Shown here piece by piece: positions 16,767 to 27,491 of a stretch of DNA of 64,000 bases. Each line of letters opens with the position of its first letter. Position 1 is the stretch's first letter. The position numbers and the translations under genes are program-made. The notes under the pieces were generated by a model, which was not told the origin of the DNA, ran no database searches, and saw only the letters and a list, made by a program, of their open reading frames with translations. The stretch comes from Christensenellales bacterium (lineage in GTDB: Bacteria > Bacillota > Clostridia > Christensenellales > UBA1431), in assembly GCA_040772545.1 (NCBI GenBank), contig JAXGXY010000004.1:25613-89612 (forward strand), given 5' to 3'.

Positions 16767-17417
16767 TTAATATGCGCCTTTTCTGGTGTAAGTTACCCAG
16801 ATGGTTTTCACGAATATCTTTATGTCGAGCCACATCGTAATATGGTCAACATAGTGGAGATCTTTTTCCATGCGGCCGTTGAGGGAGAGGTCGTTCCTGC
16901 CGTTTATCTGTGCATAGCCGGTCAGCCCGGGCCGTATCAGCAGGCGCCGCAGGTGTTCGGGGCGGAGCTGCCCGATCTCGGTCTCGACGAAAGGGCGCGG
17001 CCCGATAAAGCTCATTTCCCCCCGGATGATGTTCCAAAACTGCGGAAGCTCGTCCAGGCTAAAGCGGCGCAAAAACGCGCCGACCCGGGTGACGCGCGGG
17101 TCGTTCTCGCGCTGCAGGAAGGGGGAGGAATCGTCCGGCGGGAGCTGGTCGATCATGGCCTCGGCGTCCTTGAGCATGGTCCGGAACTTGTACATCTTGA
17201 AAGGCCGCATGTTCTTGCCGATACGCGACTGGCTGAATATGACGGGGCCCGGAGTGTCCCTCTTGATGGCAATCGCTATGAAGGGGAGAAGTATCACCAA
17301 CAGGACCAAGCCGAGAAAAGAAACGCAGATATCGACCAGACGCTTAAGGACTGGGAAATATATTCCAAAGCGCGGTTTTGTAAATTGCGGCATTTTCAAA
17401 TCGGTCTGCGTCATCAT
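16767..17417 (-). CDS. Polyprenyl-phosphate sugar phosphotransferase (bacterial sugar transferase family, EpsL/WbaP C-terminal type)
   Basis: PGPVIFSQSRIGKNMRPFKMYKFRTM, DELPQFWNIIRGEMSFIGPRP and one N-terminal TM helix. Confidence 0.9.
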   Translation of the reverse strand: MMTQTDLKMPQFTKPRFGIYFPVLKRLVDICVSFLGLVLLVILLPFIAIAIKRDTPGPVIFSQSRIGKNMRPFKMYKFRTMLKDAEAMIDQLPPDDSSPFLQRENDPRVTRVGAFLRRFSLDELPQFWNIIRGEMSFIGPRPFVETEIGQLRPEHLRRLLIRPGLTGYAQINGRNDLSLNGRMEKDLHYVDHITMWLDIKIFVKTIWVTYTRKGAY

Positions 17418-17476
17418 TCTCCAAACCCGGCGGATAAAGCGCTTGCCGCCCGAAACCCCGTGCGCATATCAAAAAA

Positions 17477-17505
17477 ATTATATAGTTTTTTCATGGTATT
17501 GTCAA
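17477..17505 (-). promoter_or_regulatory. Consensus sigma-A promoter for the sugar transferase/DUF3048 operon
   Basis: On the minus strand: TTGACA (17505-17500), a 17-nt spacer, then TATAAT (17482-17477). Both hexamers are perfect. Confidence 0.7.
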
Positions 17506-17973
17506 TTTTAGCACGGTTTTGTAAAAACTTACGGCGGCGGTTAACGCCTCAATTTTCAAACCCGATGAAACGGCGCATCGCAGAATTAAACGCGAAACCA
17601 TAACGGGGGGAAGGGACGCCGATACACGCATGCTTCCGGGCTCGTTTGAACATAACCCTCTTATACGGAAGCGTTCCCCGATTCCTGAGGCTCCATGACA
17701 GTCGGAACAGGATTCGAAAGCCGACCGTTATCCATCCTGTTATCGCGGCCGACCCGCTGTCACCGATCGCGCTGTGCCGCTAAGCGCCGGCGCCGCTTAA
17801 TATCGCCAGAATAAGCTCCATATGTAAATTATTTCAAGGGGCGTTCGTGGAGCGAACCGAATGTATAAGCCGTCCGGTATGCATCTTTTTTTACAAGTTA
17901 CCGGTCCTTGGCAATCGCGCGTTTTGCGCCCGCAGCGCGGGGAAAATCCTTGCCCCCGAACGCCCGTTTATAC

Positions 17974-18002
17974 TTGACACCTTGGAACCAGAGGGTTATA
18001 AT
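17974..18002 (+). promoter_or_regulatory. Consensus sigma-A promoter for hppA
   Basis: TTGACA (17974-17979), exactly 17 nt, then TATAAT (17997-18002). This predicts a ~190-nt leader before the ATG at 18198. Confidence 0.7.
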
Positions 18003-18197
18003 GTCAGACGATTGCGAGACAGTTTAGAGAGTTCCAGACATAAAACTTCATACATCATGTTTTTGCATACGACGTCAGTTTGCGAGCTACCGGCAAAAAC
18101 CGAATACGCAACGCCAAAATTGCGGATCATGGAACAGACCGCCCGTTTGGTTTATTTTATGCGGATGTTCTAAGTTATTTATAGGTGGAGTGGTTTT

Positions 18198-20174
18198 ATG
18201 GACATTCAAACGGTAAGCTACATTCTCATAGCGGTAGCGGCCGTAACGCTGTTGGTGGTTCTCGTATTCTACCTTGCTATCCGAAAGCTAAAGGTTGAAA
18301 ACAAGCGCATGGTAGAAATTTCGGGGTATATCCACGATGGAGCCATGGCTTACCTCAAACGCCAGTATAAAGTGCTGGCGGTTTTTGCGGCCGTGATGTT
18401 CGGGGTGCTGACCTTCCTTCCGGGCCTGGGCCTCAATACGGCCATATGCTTCCTGCTGGGCGGGTGCTTCTCGGTCGCGGCAGGTCACATAGGGATGATG
18501 GGAGCGACCAAGGCGAACGTGCGCACGGCGGCGGCGGCGCAGCGGAGCATGCAGGAGGCGCTGAGCGTGGCGTTCACGGGCGGGTCGCTCCTCGGCCTGA
18601 GCGTCGTGGGCCTGGGCGCGCTGGGCCTCGCGGTGCTGTACCTCGTATTCTGCGACGCGAACATCATAACGGGCTTCAGCCTGGGCGCGAGTTCCATCGC
18701 CCTGTTCTGCAGGGTGGGCGGCGGCATCTACACGAAAGCGGCGGACGTGGGCGCAGACCTGGTGGGCAAGGTGGAGGCGGGAATCCCCGAGGACGACCCG
18801 CGGAACCCCGCCGTCATAGCCGACAACGTGGGCGACAACGTAGGGGACGTCGCCGGCATGGGCGCGGACCTGTTCGAGTCCTACGTGGGCGCGATCCTTT
18901 CCGCCCTGCTGCTGGGCGTATTGGCGGCGTCCGAAAACGGCGCGGTCTATACGCTGCTGGTGGTGGCCGCCGGCATCGTCGCCTCGCTTGTCGCGGTGCT
19001 GACGGTACGCTCGCTGAAGTCGAAGAAAGGGGCGCACGCCACGCTGCGCATCGGGACCTACCTGTCCTCAGCCCTGGCGGTCGCGGCGGCGGGGGTATTC
19101 TCGCATCTGATATTCAACAGCCTGGATTATTTCTGGCCTGTCGTCGGCGGCGTCGTGGCGGGCATGGTGATCGGCCAGGTGACGGAATACTATACGTCCA
19201 GCGAGCACAAACCAGTCAGGACGATCAGCGAGCAGTCCGAGACGGGGGCTGCGACCACGATATTGAGCGGATTCTCGGTCGGCCTCATGTCGACGGTGAT
19301 CCCGATCCTCATCATCGCGGGCGCGCTGTACCTCGCTTTTTCCACCGGCGGCCTCTTCGGCGTGGCGCTGGCGGCGGTGGGCATGCTCTCCACGGTAGGC
19401 CTCACGGTGGCGGTGGACGCGTACGGTCCGATCGCCGACAACGCGGGCGGCATCGCCGAGATGTCCAACCTTCCGCCCGAAGTGCGCAAGGTGACCGACC
19501 ACCTCGATTCGGTAGGGAACACGACCGCGGCCATCGCCAAGGGTTTTTCCATAGGCTCGGCCGCGCTCACGGCGCTGGCCCTGTTCACGTCCTACGCGAG
19601 CACGGCGGGCCTGGACACAGTCAACATCCTCGTCCCCAACGTGATGATAGGCGTGCTGGTGGGCGGCATGCTCGCGTTCTGGTTCAGCGCGCTGACCATC
19701 AACGCGGTGAGCCGCGCGGCCAACAAGATGATCGAGGAGGTGCGCAGGCAGTTCCGGGAGACGAAGGGGCTCATGGAGGGCCTCGCGACCCCCGACTATA
19801 CGCGCTGCGTCGATATTTCCACGTCGGCCGCCCTCCGGGAAATGGTCGTCCCCGGCCTGCTGGCCATCGTGGCGCCCATCCTCACCGGGATCGTGCTCGG
19901 GCCGCAGGCCATAGCGGGGCTGCTGGTCGGCGCGACGGTCACGGGCGTGCTGATGGCGGTGATGATGGCCAACGCGGGCGGCGCGTGGGACAACGCGAAG
20001 AAGTACATCGAATCGGGGACGCACGGCGGAAAGGGCAGCGACGCGCACAAGGCGAGCGTCATTGGCGACACGGTAGGCGACCCGTTCAAGGACACGGCCG
20101 GCCCGTCCATGAACATCCTCATCAAGCTGATGAGCATCGTTGCCCTGGTGTTCGCCCCGCTGTTTATCCAATAG
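18198..20174 (+). CDS. hppA: Membrane-integral ion-translocating pyrophosphatase
   Basis: 658 aa and polytopic. Motifs [40 protein letters not shown] and [14 protein letters not shown] are diagnostic of H+/Na+-PPases. Confidence 0.95.
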   Translation: MDIQTVSYILIAVAAVTLLVVLVFYLAIRKLKVENKRMVEISGYIHDGAMAYLKRQYKVLAVFAAVMFGVLTFLPGLGLNTAICFLLGGCFSVAAGHIGMMGATKANVRTAAAAQRSMQEALSVAFTGGSLLGLSVVGLGALGLAVLYLVFCDANIITGFSLGASSIALFCRVGGGIYTKAADVGADLVGKVEAGIPEDDPRNPAVIADNVGDNVGDVAGMGADLFESYVGAILSALLLGVLAASENGAVYTLLVVAAGIVASLVAVLTVRSLKSKKGAHATLRIGTYLSSALAVAAAGVFSHLIFNSLDYFWPVVGGVVAGMVIGQVTEYYTSSEHKPVRTISEQSETGAATTILSGFSVGLMSTVIPILIIAGALYLAFSTGGLFGVALAAVGMLSTVGLTVAVDAYGPIADNAGGIAEMSNLPPEVRKVTDHLDSVGNTTAAIAKGFSIGSAALTALALFTSYASTAGLDTVNILVPNVMIGVLVGGMLAFWFSALTINAVSRAANKMIEEVRRQFRETKGLMEGLATPDYTRCVDISTSAALREMVVPGLLAIVAPILTGIVLGPQAIAGLLVGATVTGVLMAVMMANAGGAWDNAKKYIESGTHGGKGSDAHKASVIGDTVGDPFKDTAGPSMNILIKLMSIVALVFAPLFIQ

Positions 20175-20208
20175 GCAACGAAATACCGCGGCGAAGGGGG
20201 CTGCTTGC

Positions 20209-20436
20209 TTGAAGATCACGAATATTAAGAACCCGTCCAAATTCTTCGACAGGGTATCAAGGTGCAAGGGCAGCGTCGAGCTCGTAACGTCGGAGGGCGA
20301 CCGCCTGAACCTGAAATCCACGCTATGCCAGTACCTGGCCCTGACGCAGATGTTCGACGAAGCGAAGCTGGATATGGAGCTCGTGCTCTCCGAGCCCGCC
20401 GAAATGGAGATGTTGCAGGCCTATATCGTCGGCTAG
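20209..20436 (+). CDS. Small hypothetical protein (75 aa)
   Basis: TTG at 20209 is preceded by GAAGGGGG 8 nt upstream. The track ORF from 20140 overlaps the hppA 3' end. Family not recognised. Confidence 0.45.
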   Translation: MKITNIKNPSKFFDRVSRCKGSVELVTSEGDRLNLKSTLCQYLALTQMFDEAKLDMELVLSEPAEMEMLQAYIVG

Positions 20437-20481
20437 GTCAGGCGCAGATCCGGGATCCGCTGCGACTGCAGGCCTGCGGCG

Positions 20482-20544
20482 GGGCGGCGCGCATTGGCAG
20501 GGACACGCAGGTTGTCCCTGCCAATGCGCGCCGCCCTTCATTTT
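20482..20544 (+). terminator. Very long perfect hairpin / terminator
   Basis: GGGCGGCGCGCATTGGCAGGGACA (20482-20505) pairs perfectly over 24 bp with 20513-20536 across a 7-nt loop. The tail is ttcattttg. Confidence 0.7.
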
Positions 20545-20659
20545 GCGCCGTAACGGGCGCTTTTTTTGACGACGCTATTAAAGTATAATGAAACGTGTAC
20601 AGTCTTCGGCGGGGCAGACCCCCTGTACGACGGAAACGAAGGACGCATAAGGAGGAACC

Positions 20660-23600
20660 ATGCTCACGTACATACTCGGACGGGCGCCTGCGGAAAACCG
20701 CCGCCTGCTTTGCGAGAGGCTGGGGCGGGCCCACGACGACGGCTGCCCTTGCTTCATGATCGTGCCTGAACAGTACACGCTCCAGGCCGAGCGCGACATC
20801 ATCGGCGCCCTGGGCCTCGACGGGCTTCTTAGCATCGAGGTGCTCAGTTTTTCCAGGCTGGCGCACCGTGTGTTCTCGCTCTCGGGCGGGCCGAAAAGGC
20901 CGGTGATCGACGCAAAGGGCCGCGCGATGCTGGTGCGCCGCGCGCTCTTCGAACTGGGGAAAGAAAACGCGTTCTGCGCGCGTTCGGCCGACCGCCCCGG
21001 TTTTTCAACCGAACTGACCAATACGATATCGGAACTCAAGGCCTACGGCGTCACCCCCGAAATGCTGCGGCAGGCCGCCGGGGCCGCCGGCCACGGAAAA
21101 AGCGAGCGCCTGACGGGGATACTGTCGGTCTACGAGAAGGTGGAGCAGGCCATGCGCGGCCAGTTCAGCGACGGCGAGGACCTGCTGGACCTGCTCGCGC
21201 AAAAGCTCCCGCAGACCGCCCTGTTCCGGGAGGCCCGGGTGTTCATAGACGGGTTCGAGTCGCTGTCGCTCAAATGGACCCTGGTCATCCGGCAGCTGCT
21301 CGTCACCTGCAAAGGCGTCGACATCACGTTCTGCATGCCCGCACGCCGCGAAGCGGACGCGTGGATCTTCGAAAGCGAGACGCTCGCGCTCGACGCCGTC
21401 TTGGCCCAGGCGCGCGACATCGGCTGCGGGATCGAGACGATCCGCCCCGGAAAAACGCTCCGGCGCCCGGCTGCGCTCGCGCATCTGGAGCGGAATCTGT
21501 TCGCGCCGGGCGCGCGTTCGTATGCGGGCGACATGCGCGGGCTCGAGATCGCGCGGGCGGCCGGGAAGGAGCAGGAGGCCGACGCCGTCGCGGCGCGCAT
21601 GGTGCGCCTGCACCGGGAGAATAGCTGCGCCTGGCGGGACATGGCCGTGATCGTGCCCGACCTCGCTTCGGACGGGCCGGTGTTCAGGCGTGTGTTCCGA
21701 AACTACAACATCCCGTGCTTCATCGACGAGAAACGGCCGCTTTCGGGGCATCCGCTGGTGCGTCTCGTCGTGCACGCGCTGCGGGCGGCGGAGGCCAACT
21801 ACCCGCAAAAGGACATGGCCGCGCTGATGAAGACCGGCCTCGCGGGCGTCACCCTCGAAGAAACCCACGCGCTGGAAAACTACATGATCGCGCACGGCGT
21901 CAGAGGGAACGCGTATCGTCGCCCCTTCCAACGCGGCTCCGAGGAAGAGGCCGCCGCGGCCGAGCCTCTCAGATTGAAGCTGATGGGTCCCCTTCTCGAG
22001 TTAGAGCAGTCGGTAAAAAAGGACCGCAGGGTCCTTGCGCAGGCGCGGGCCGTGCTCGCGTACCTGGAGCATACGGGCGCAAAAGAGGCGCTGGAGGCCG
22101 TGCACGCGCGGCTCGAACTGGCCGGCGACGCGGCGGCGCTGGAGGCCAGCGCGCAAGCGGAGGACACGCTCAGGGCGGTGCTGGAGCAGGCTGTCGCGCT
22201 GATGGGGGACGTCGCGGCGGCGCGCGGCGAATTCGTCCGGATGCTGCAGAGCGCCCTGCGGCAGGAAGACACTGGCATCATCCCCACCGGTTCCGACGAA
22301 GCGCTGGTCGGGACGTGGGAGCGCACGCGGCTGCCGGCCCTTCGCGCGCTGTTCGTGACCGGGTGCGCGGACGGCGCGTTCCCGCCGCTGCCCGAGCAGA
22401 GCCCCCTGCTCGGCGATCCGGAGAAGGACGCCCTCCTTAAATGCGGCATGAAGACCGGCCCGGACGCGGGGCTCCTGTGGGCGATCGCGCAGCTTCGGGT
22501 CTTCAAGGCGGTCGGCGCGCCGGACACGCTCCTGCACGTGAGCACGGCCGCCGAGGACAGGCGCGGCGCGGCGCTGCAGGACGCGCTGCTTTTCAAGAAG
22601 CTGCTCGCGATGTTCCCCGAAGCGAAGGTGTCCGGGTCCAGCCTGGATACGGAGGAGGCCGGCATCACCAACACGCGCTCGGCGGTATCCGGCCTCGCCC
22701 TGAGGATGGGGAAAGGGAGCCCGCTTAACGAAGAATGGCGCGCGGCGTTTCGGCTCCTTATGGCCGACTTAAACTGGAAGGACCGTGTGGAAAGGCTCGC
22801 AGGCGCCGCCAATCGCGCGCTGCCGCCGCCGCGCCTGCCTTCGGGCAAAACGCTGCTGCCCCGGCGGGTCAGTGTTTCGCGGCTGGAAACGTACGCCGCC
22901 TGCCCGTTCAAGTATTTCGTGCGCTACGCCCTCGCGCCCGTCGAGCGCGAACGGCCCGAATGGACGCCGCTGCACGCCGGCGCGTTCGCGCACGAGGCGA
23001 TGGAGCTGTTCGCAAGGCGGCTGATGCGATCCGGGAAGGACGTCGCGGCGCTGGCCGACGCAGAGATCGAGGCGGCGATCGGCGATGTTTTGCGGCAGGT
23101 CACCGAGCGCGCGGTCGGCTCCCTGCCGGAAGGCGACGCAAAGCCCCGGTACTGGGCCGGGCGGCTGGGCCGGACCGTGCGTTTTTGCGCGTGGCTGCTG
23201 GTAGAACAGCTCCGCGCGAGCGACTTCGTTTTAGAGGACGTGGAACTCGAGCTGCCGGAGGGCGCCTGCATCGAGGCGGCGGGCGCGCGCGTGCCGCTCA
23301 TCGGGCGGATCGACCGCGTGGACGTCCTGCGGTGCGGCGGCAAAACGGTACTCAGGCTGGTCGACTACAAGTCGTCCGGCAGACGCCTTGACTATCACGA
23401 GGTCTACCACGGCCTGAGCCTCCAGCTCCCGCTCTACGCGCACGCGCTTTTACAAAACGGGGCGAAGAGGGGCGAGGACGTGGAGATCGGCGGCATGATG
23501 TTCTTTGCCCTGGACGTCCCGGTGCCGGAGTCGCAGGCGCGCGATGAAGCCGGGGCGAACGCCGAGATCAAAAGAGCGCTGCGATTAAAAGGGAAGGTGC

Positions 23601-23965
23601 ATGCGGACATGGACATACTCACCAGCATGGACCGTACGCTCCTGCCGGGGGCGAGCGCGGCTCATATCCCGGCAAGGCGCAAAAGAGACGGCGCGCTCGT
23701 CAAATCCGGCGACGCGCTGGACGCGGCGGGCATGCGTCTTTTAATCGGGCGCGCCGCCAAGATGGCGGCGCGGATCGTCTCGGACCTGAAAGAGGGCGTC
23801 ATAGCGCCGCGGCCTGTGCAGATCAGAAACGAAAAGCACTGCGGCCTGTGCGAGTACAGGTCCGTATGCCGGTTCGACGAGGCTTTCCCGGGGGCAAGGC
23901 CGCGCCGGGTCGCGACGATGACGAAGGACGAGTTCTTCGCGCGGCTGGCGGGAGAGGAGGGCTGA
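20660..23965 (+). CDS. addB: Helicase-exonuclease AddAB, subunit AddB
   Basis: 1101 aa. It lies immediately upstream of addA. The C-terminus has a PD-(D/E)XK nuclease with an Fe-S Cys cluster (..AACPFKYF.., HCGLCEYRSVCRF). Confidence 0.9.
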   Translation: MLTYILGRAPAENRRLLCERLGRAHDDGCPCFMIVPEQYTLQAERDIIGALGLDGLLSIEVLSFSRLAHRVFSLSGGPKRPVIDAKGRAMLVRRALFELGKENAFCARSADRPGFSTELTNTISELKAYGVTPEMLRQAAGAAGHGKSERLTGILSVYEKVEQAMRGQFSDGEDLLDLLAQKLPQTALFREARVFIDGFESLSLKWTLVIRQLLVTCKGVDITFCMPARREADAWIFESETLALDAVLAQARDIGCGIETIRPGKTLRRPAALAHLERNLFAPGARSYAGDMRGLEIARAAGKEQEADAVAARMVRLHRENSCAWRDMAVIVPDLASDGPVFRRVFRNYNIPCFIDEKRPLSGHPLVRLVVHALRAAEANYPQKDMAALMKTGLAGVTLEETHALENYMIAHGVRGNAYRRPFQRGSEEEAAAAEPLRLKLMGPLLELEQSVKKDRRVLAQARAVLAYLEHTGAKEALEAVHARLELAGDAAALEASAQAEDTLRAVLEQAVALMGDVAAARGEFVRMLQSALRQEDTGIIPTGSDEALVGTWERTRLPALRALFVTGCADGAFPPLPEQSPLLGDPEKDALLKCGMKTGPDAGLLWAIAQLRVFKAVGAPDTLLHVSTAAEDRRGAALQDALLFKKLLAMFPEAKVSGSSLDTEEAGITNTRSAVSGLALRMGKGSPLNEEWRAAFRLLMADLNWKDRVERLAGAANRALPPPRLPSGKTLLPRRVSVSRLETYAACPFKYFVRYALAPVERERPEWTPLHAGAFAHEAMELFARRLMRSGKDVAALADAEIEAAIGDVLRQVTERAVGSLPEGDAKPRYWAGRLGRTVRFCAWLLVEQLRASDFVLEDVELELPEGACIEAAGARVPLIGRIDRVDVLRCGGKTVLRLVDYKSSGRRLDYHEVYHGLSLQLPLYAHALLQNGAKRGEDVEIGGMMFFALDVPVPESQARDEAGANAEIKRALRLKGKVHADMDILTSMDRTLLPGASAAHIPARRKRDGALVKSGDALDAAGMRLLIGRAAKMAARIVSDLKEGVIAPRPVQIRNEKHCGLCEYRSVCRFDEAFPGARPRRVATMTKDEFFARLAGEEG

Positions 23966-23968
23966 GCG

Positions 23969-26900
23969 ATGGCGAGGGAATGGTCGGACAGTCAGCGCGA
24001 GGCCGTTGAGGGTGCGCGCGGGACCAACCTGCTGCTCTCGGCGGCGGCGGGGTCGGGCAAGACGTCGGTGCTGGCCGGGCGCATCGCCGCGCTCGTCAAA
24101 GAAGGCGCGGACATCTCGAACATGCTGGTGGTCACCTTCACCAACGCGGCGGTCGCCGACATGCGCGAACGCATCGTCTCCGAACTCGCCGGGCTCGCAA
24201 AAAACGGCGGGGACGCGGAAAAGGAAAGGCTCTACAGGCAGTCGGCCGCCGCCGAGCGCGCGGACATCAGCACGATCCACGCGTTCTGCCTGGGCGTGCT
24301 CCGCCGCCATTTCCAGGCCGTGGGCCTCGACCCGTCGTTTCGGACGGCGAGCGAAGCCGAGGCGGGGGTGATCGCGGCCGAGGCGCTGGACGCGGTCTTT
24401 ACGGAGAAATACGCCGCGCCCGACGACGGGTTCCGGCTGCTACTGGAGGCGTACGGCCGCAAGGACGACGCCACGCTCCAAAACTGCGTGCTCGCGCTCC
24501 ACCGCCAGCTTTCCGCCCTCCCCGACCGCGAGGCTTATAAAACCCTGTCTCTCGCTAAGTACGACGCCGGGGCGGCCGGCGGCCTCCCGATGGTTTGCCG
24601 GATGCTCGAGGACATCGGGGAGTGCCTTGGGATGTGCCAAAGCAGCCTGTTGGAGGCGGCGAGCATCTGCGGGGACGGATTCCCCGCGACGAGGGCGCAC
24701 CTGCTGCTGGAGGCGGAAGCGGCCGGCGGGCTGATCGAGGCATCAAAAGTATCGCCGGAGGCGTTCGCCGCCGCCGCGAAGGCGCATTCCCTCCCGAGGT
24801 TGCCGCAGGAAAGGCAGGAACCGCAGGAAAGGCGCGCGCGTGCGCTCGCGCTGCGCGAGGCCGCGAAGAAAAGGATCCGGGAGATACTCGACGAGCCGTG
24901 GCTGCGGGACGTCCCCGCGTCGTATGCGGACCTTCCGCTCTGCCGCGCGCAGGCGGCGGCCCTCTTCGACCTCGCGGAAGCGTTCGACGCGGTGTTTTCG
25001 GAGATGAAGCGGGCAAAGAACGTGATCGATTACGCGGACATGGAGCGGATGGCCTACCGTGCGCTGCTCGATCCCGCCATAGCCGCGGAATACCGCGCGC
25101 GTTACGACCACGTCTTCATCGACGAGTACCAGGACACCAGCTTTTTGCAGGAAGCCGTGCTCTCTTGCGTCTGCCGGGAGGACAACTTCTTCGCCGTGGG
25201 CGACGTGAAGCAGAGCATCTACCGTTTCCGGCAGGCGCAGCCCGACCTGTTCATGCGGCGTTACGGGGAGTACGGGCGGGGGCGCGGCGGCAGGCGCATC
25301 GACCTGAACAGGAACTACAGGAGCGGCAGGGCCGTGGTCGAAACGGTCAACGCCGTGTTCGGGCCGATCATGACGCGCGAGGCGGGCGGCGTGGACTACG
25401 GCGAGAACGAGCGCCTGACCGGATGGCGCGACGTCGACGGCGCCTGCGAACTCCTCGTAGTGTGCAACGCCGATCCTGCCGACCCGGCAGACCCCGTCGC
25501 CAAGGTGTCCAACGCCGAGCGCGAGGCCAGGGCAGCCGCAAACAGGCTCATCGCCCTCAAGGCGGGAGGCTCCTACCGCTGGCGCGACATGGTGGTGCTG
25601 ATGCGCAGCGCGCAGACCAACGCGCAGGTGTTCGCCAAGGTGTTCGCGGAAGCGGGGATCCCCTGCTACGCCCAGGCTTCCGAGGCGCACATCGAGACGG
25701 TGGAGGTCGAACTGTTCCTCAACCTGCTGCGCCTGATCGACAACCCGCTCCAGGACCTGCCGCTCCTGAGCGTGCTGCTCGGCCCCGTGTGCGACCTGCG
25801 CTTGGAGCAGCTCCTCGATGTGCGAAAAAGCTTCCCCGGCCTGCCTTTCCACGAGGCGGCGCGAAGGTACGCGTCGGAGGAGGGCGACTATACGGCGCGG
25901 GACCTGGCCGGGTTTTTCGACAGGCTGGAGGAATGGACATTCAACGCGTGCGTGCATACGGTCGACGAACTGATCGAAGACCTGCTGGACAGGACCGGTA
26001 TCCTCGACGCCGTGACCGCCCTGCCCGGCGGGAACGTGCGCCGCAAGAACCTCGAGATGCTTTTGAGCCACGCGCAGGACTTCGCCGCCACCGGGGAAGG
26101 GCTGAGCGGGTTTTTAGGTTTCCTCGACCACGTGCGCGCGTCGGGCGGCAGGGGCGATTCCGCGCACGCGCTGGGCGAGAACGACGACGTCGTGCGCATC
26201 ATGACCGTGCACAGGAGCAAGGGGCTGGAGTTCCCCGTCGTGGTGCTGTCAGGTATGGGCAACAGGTTCAACGTCCGGGACAAGGCGCAGGACGTCGTCT
26301 TCCACGACAGGCTGGGGCTGGGGGTTAGGACCTTCGACCCCGTGCTGAAAACGCGCCGGGCCAATCCGGTGCGCGCGGCCATCGCCCACGCGCAGGCCCG
26401 GGAAGCCCTCAGCGAGGAGATGCGCATACTCTACGTCGGGATGACGCGCGCAAAGGACGTTCTCATCATGACGGGCACCGCCACAGGCCTCGAAAACCGC
26501 CTGACGGCGCTGGCGAACCCCGGCGACGCCGCCGTTTTCGGCGCCGTATGCCCGCTCGATTTCGTGTGCTGCGCCCTGCAGCGCCGGGGCGCGCTCGGAG
26601 ATTTTGCTCTTCGGCCCGGCGAGACGCTGTCCGTGACTGTCGGGCGCACGTCGCTCACGGTCAGGGCGGTGCAACCGGCGCCGGCATCGCCCGCGGACGA
26701 GGCCGCCCCGGCCGGGTGGCGGCAGGCGCTTACGGAGCCCGTCCGCCCGGACGTCCTCGAACGCGTCCGGGCGTCGATGGAGTTTTACCGCCTCGAACCG
26801 CCCGCGCGCGTCCCCGCCAAGCTCCCGGTGAGCAGGCTGCATCCCGTGGCGCCGAAGGCGCCCGCCGCCCGGCCGGTACGGGGCGCCGCGCCGACGCGGG

Positions 26901-27409
26901 CGGCCGAGGAAGGAACGGCCATGCACATCGTGATGCAGCACGTCAACCTGCGGGCCGTGCGCGGTGAGGAGAGCGTTCTGCGCCAGATCGAGGGCATGGT
27001 GGCGCTCGGGCTCCTGAGCGAAGAACAGGCCGGAATGGTGGACGCGGGCGCGGTGGCCGCTTTCGCCTCGGGGGAGCTGGGGACGCGCATGAAACGGGCC
27101 GCTACGTTGCGGCGCGAATGGCCGTTCACGCTGCGAATCGGCGCAAAAGAAGCGATCGACGGCGCGCCGCCCGGCGTGACCGTGCTGGTGCAGGGCGTGA
27201 TGGACGCCTGTTTCGAGGAGGACGGCGCGTGGGTGCTGGTCGACTTCAAGACGGACCGCGTGGCCGGGGAGCCGCTTGAACTCGCGGCGAAAAGGCACGC
27301 GGGCCAGCTCGGTTTCTATGCGCACGCGCTCAAAACGCTCACGGATATGCCGGTGAAGGAGCAGTGGGTGTACCTGTTCCGCGCCAACCGGGGCGTGCGC
27401 ATCGGATAA
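23969..27409 (+). CDS. addA: Helicase-exonuclease AddAB, subunit AddA (UvrD-type helicase plus nuclease)
   Basis: Walker A LLSAAAGSGKTSVL, VDEYQDTS-like FIDEYQDTSFLQ, VGDVKQSIYRFR, MTVHRSKGLEFPVV, and a C-terminal RecB-type nuclease (VQGVMDACF..VLVDFKTD). Confidence 0.95.
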   Translation: MAREWSDSQREAVEGARGTNLLLSAAAGSGKTSVLAGRIAALVKEGADISNMLVVTFTNAAVADMRERIVSELAGLAKNGGDAEKERLYRQSAAAERADISTIHAFCLGVLRRHFQAVGLDPSFRTASEAEAGVIAAEALDAVFTEKYAAPDDGFRLLLEAYGRKDDATLQNCVLALHRQLSALPDREAYKTLSLAKYDAGAAGGLPMVCRMLEDIGECLGMCQSSLLEAASICGDGFPATRAHLLLEAEAAGGLIEASKVSPEAFAAAAKAHSLPRLPQERQEPQERRARALALREAAKKRIREILDEPWLRDVPASYADLPLCRAQAAALFDLAEAFDAVFSEMKRAKNVIDYADMERMAYRALLDPAIAAEYRARYDHVFIDEYQDTSFLQEAVLSCVCREDNFFAVGDVKQSIYRFRQAQPDLFMRRYGEYGRGRGGRRIDLNRNYRSGRAVVETVNAVFGPIMTREAGGVDYGENERLTGWRDVDGACELLVVCNADPADPADPVAKVSNAEREARAAANRLIALKAGGSYRWRDMVVLMRSAQTNAQVFAKVFAEAGIPCYAQASEAHIETVEVELFLNLLRLIDNPLQDLPLLSVLLGPVCDLRLEQLLDVRKSFPGLPFHEAARRYASEEGDYTARDLAGFFDRLEEWTFNACVHTVDELIEDLLDRTGILDAVTALPGGNVRRKNLEMLLSHAQDFAATGEGLSGFLGFLDHVRASGGRGDSAHALGENDDVVRIMTVHRSKGLEFPVVVLSGMGNRFNVRDKAQDVVFHDRLGLGVRTFDPVLKTRRANPVRAAIAHAQAREALSEEMRILYVGMTRAKDVLIMTGTATGLENRLTALANPGDAAVFGAVCPLDFVCCALQRRGALGDFALRPGETLSVTVGRTSLTVRAVQPAPASPADEAAPAGWRQALTEPVRPDVLERVRASMEFYRLEPPARVPAKLPVSRLHPVAPKAPAARPVRGAAPTRAAEEGTAMHIVMQHVNLRAVRGEESVLRQIEGMVALGLLSEEQAGMVDAGAVAAFASGELGTRMKRAATLRREWPFTLRIGAKEAIDGAPPGVTVLVQGVMDACFEEDGAWVLVDFKTDRVAGEPLELAAKRHAGQLGFYAHALKTLTDMPVKEQWVYLFRANRGVRIG

Positions 27410-27491
27410 CGGGGAAAATGGATGTTTGGCGCGCCCGTTTTCTGCGTATTAATCATACGTCGGACAGAAAAAATATTTTAGGAAGTTGGCC

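Noticed and set aside
17847-18173. 108-aa ORF in the hppA upstream region.
   Set aside because: It spans a perfect sigma-A promoter and the leader, has no RBS, and has implausible composition for this genome.
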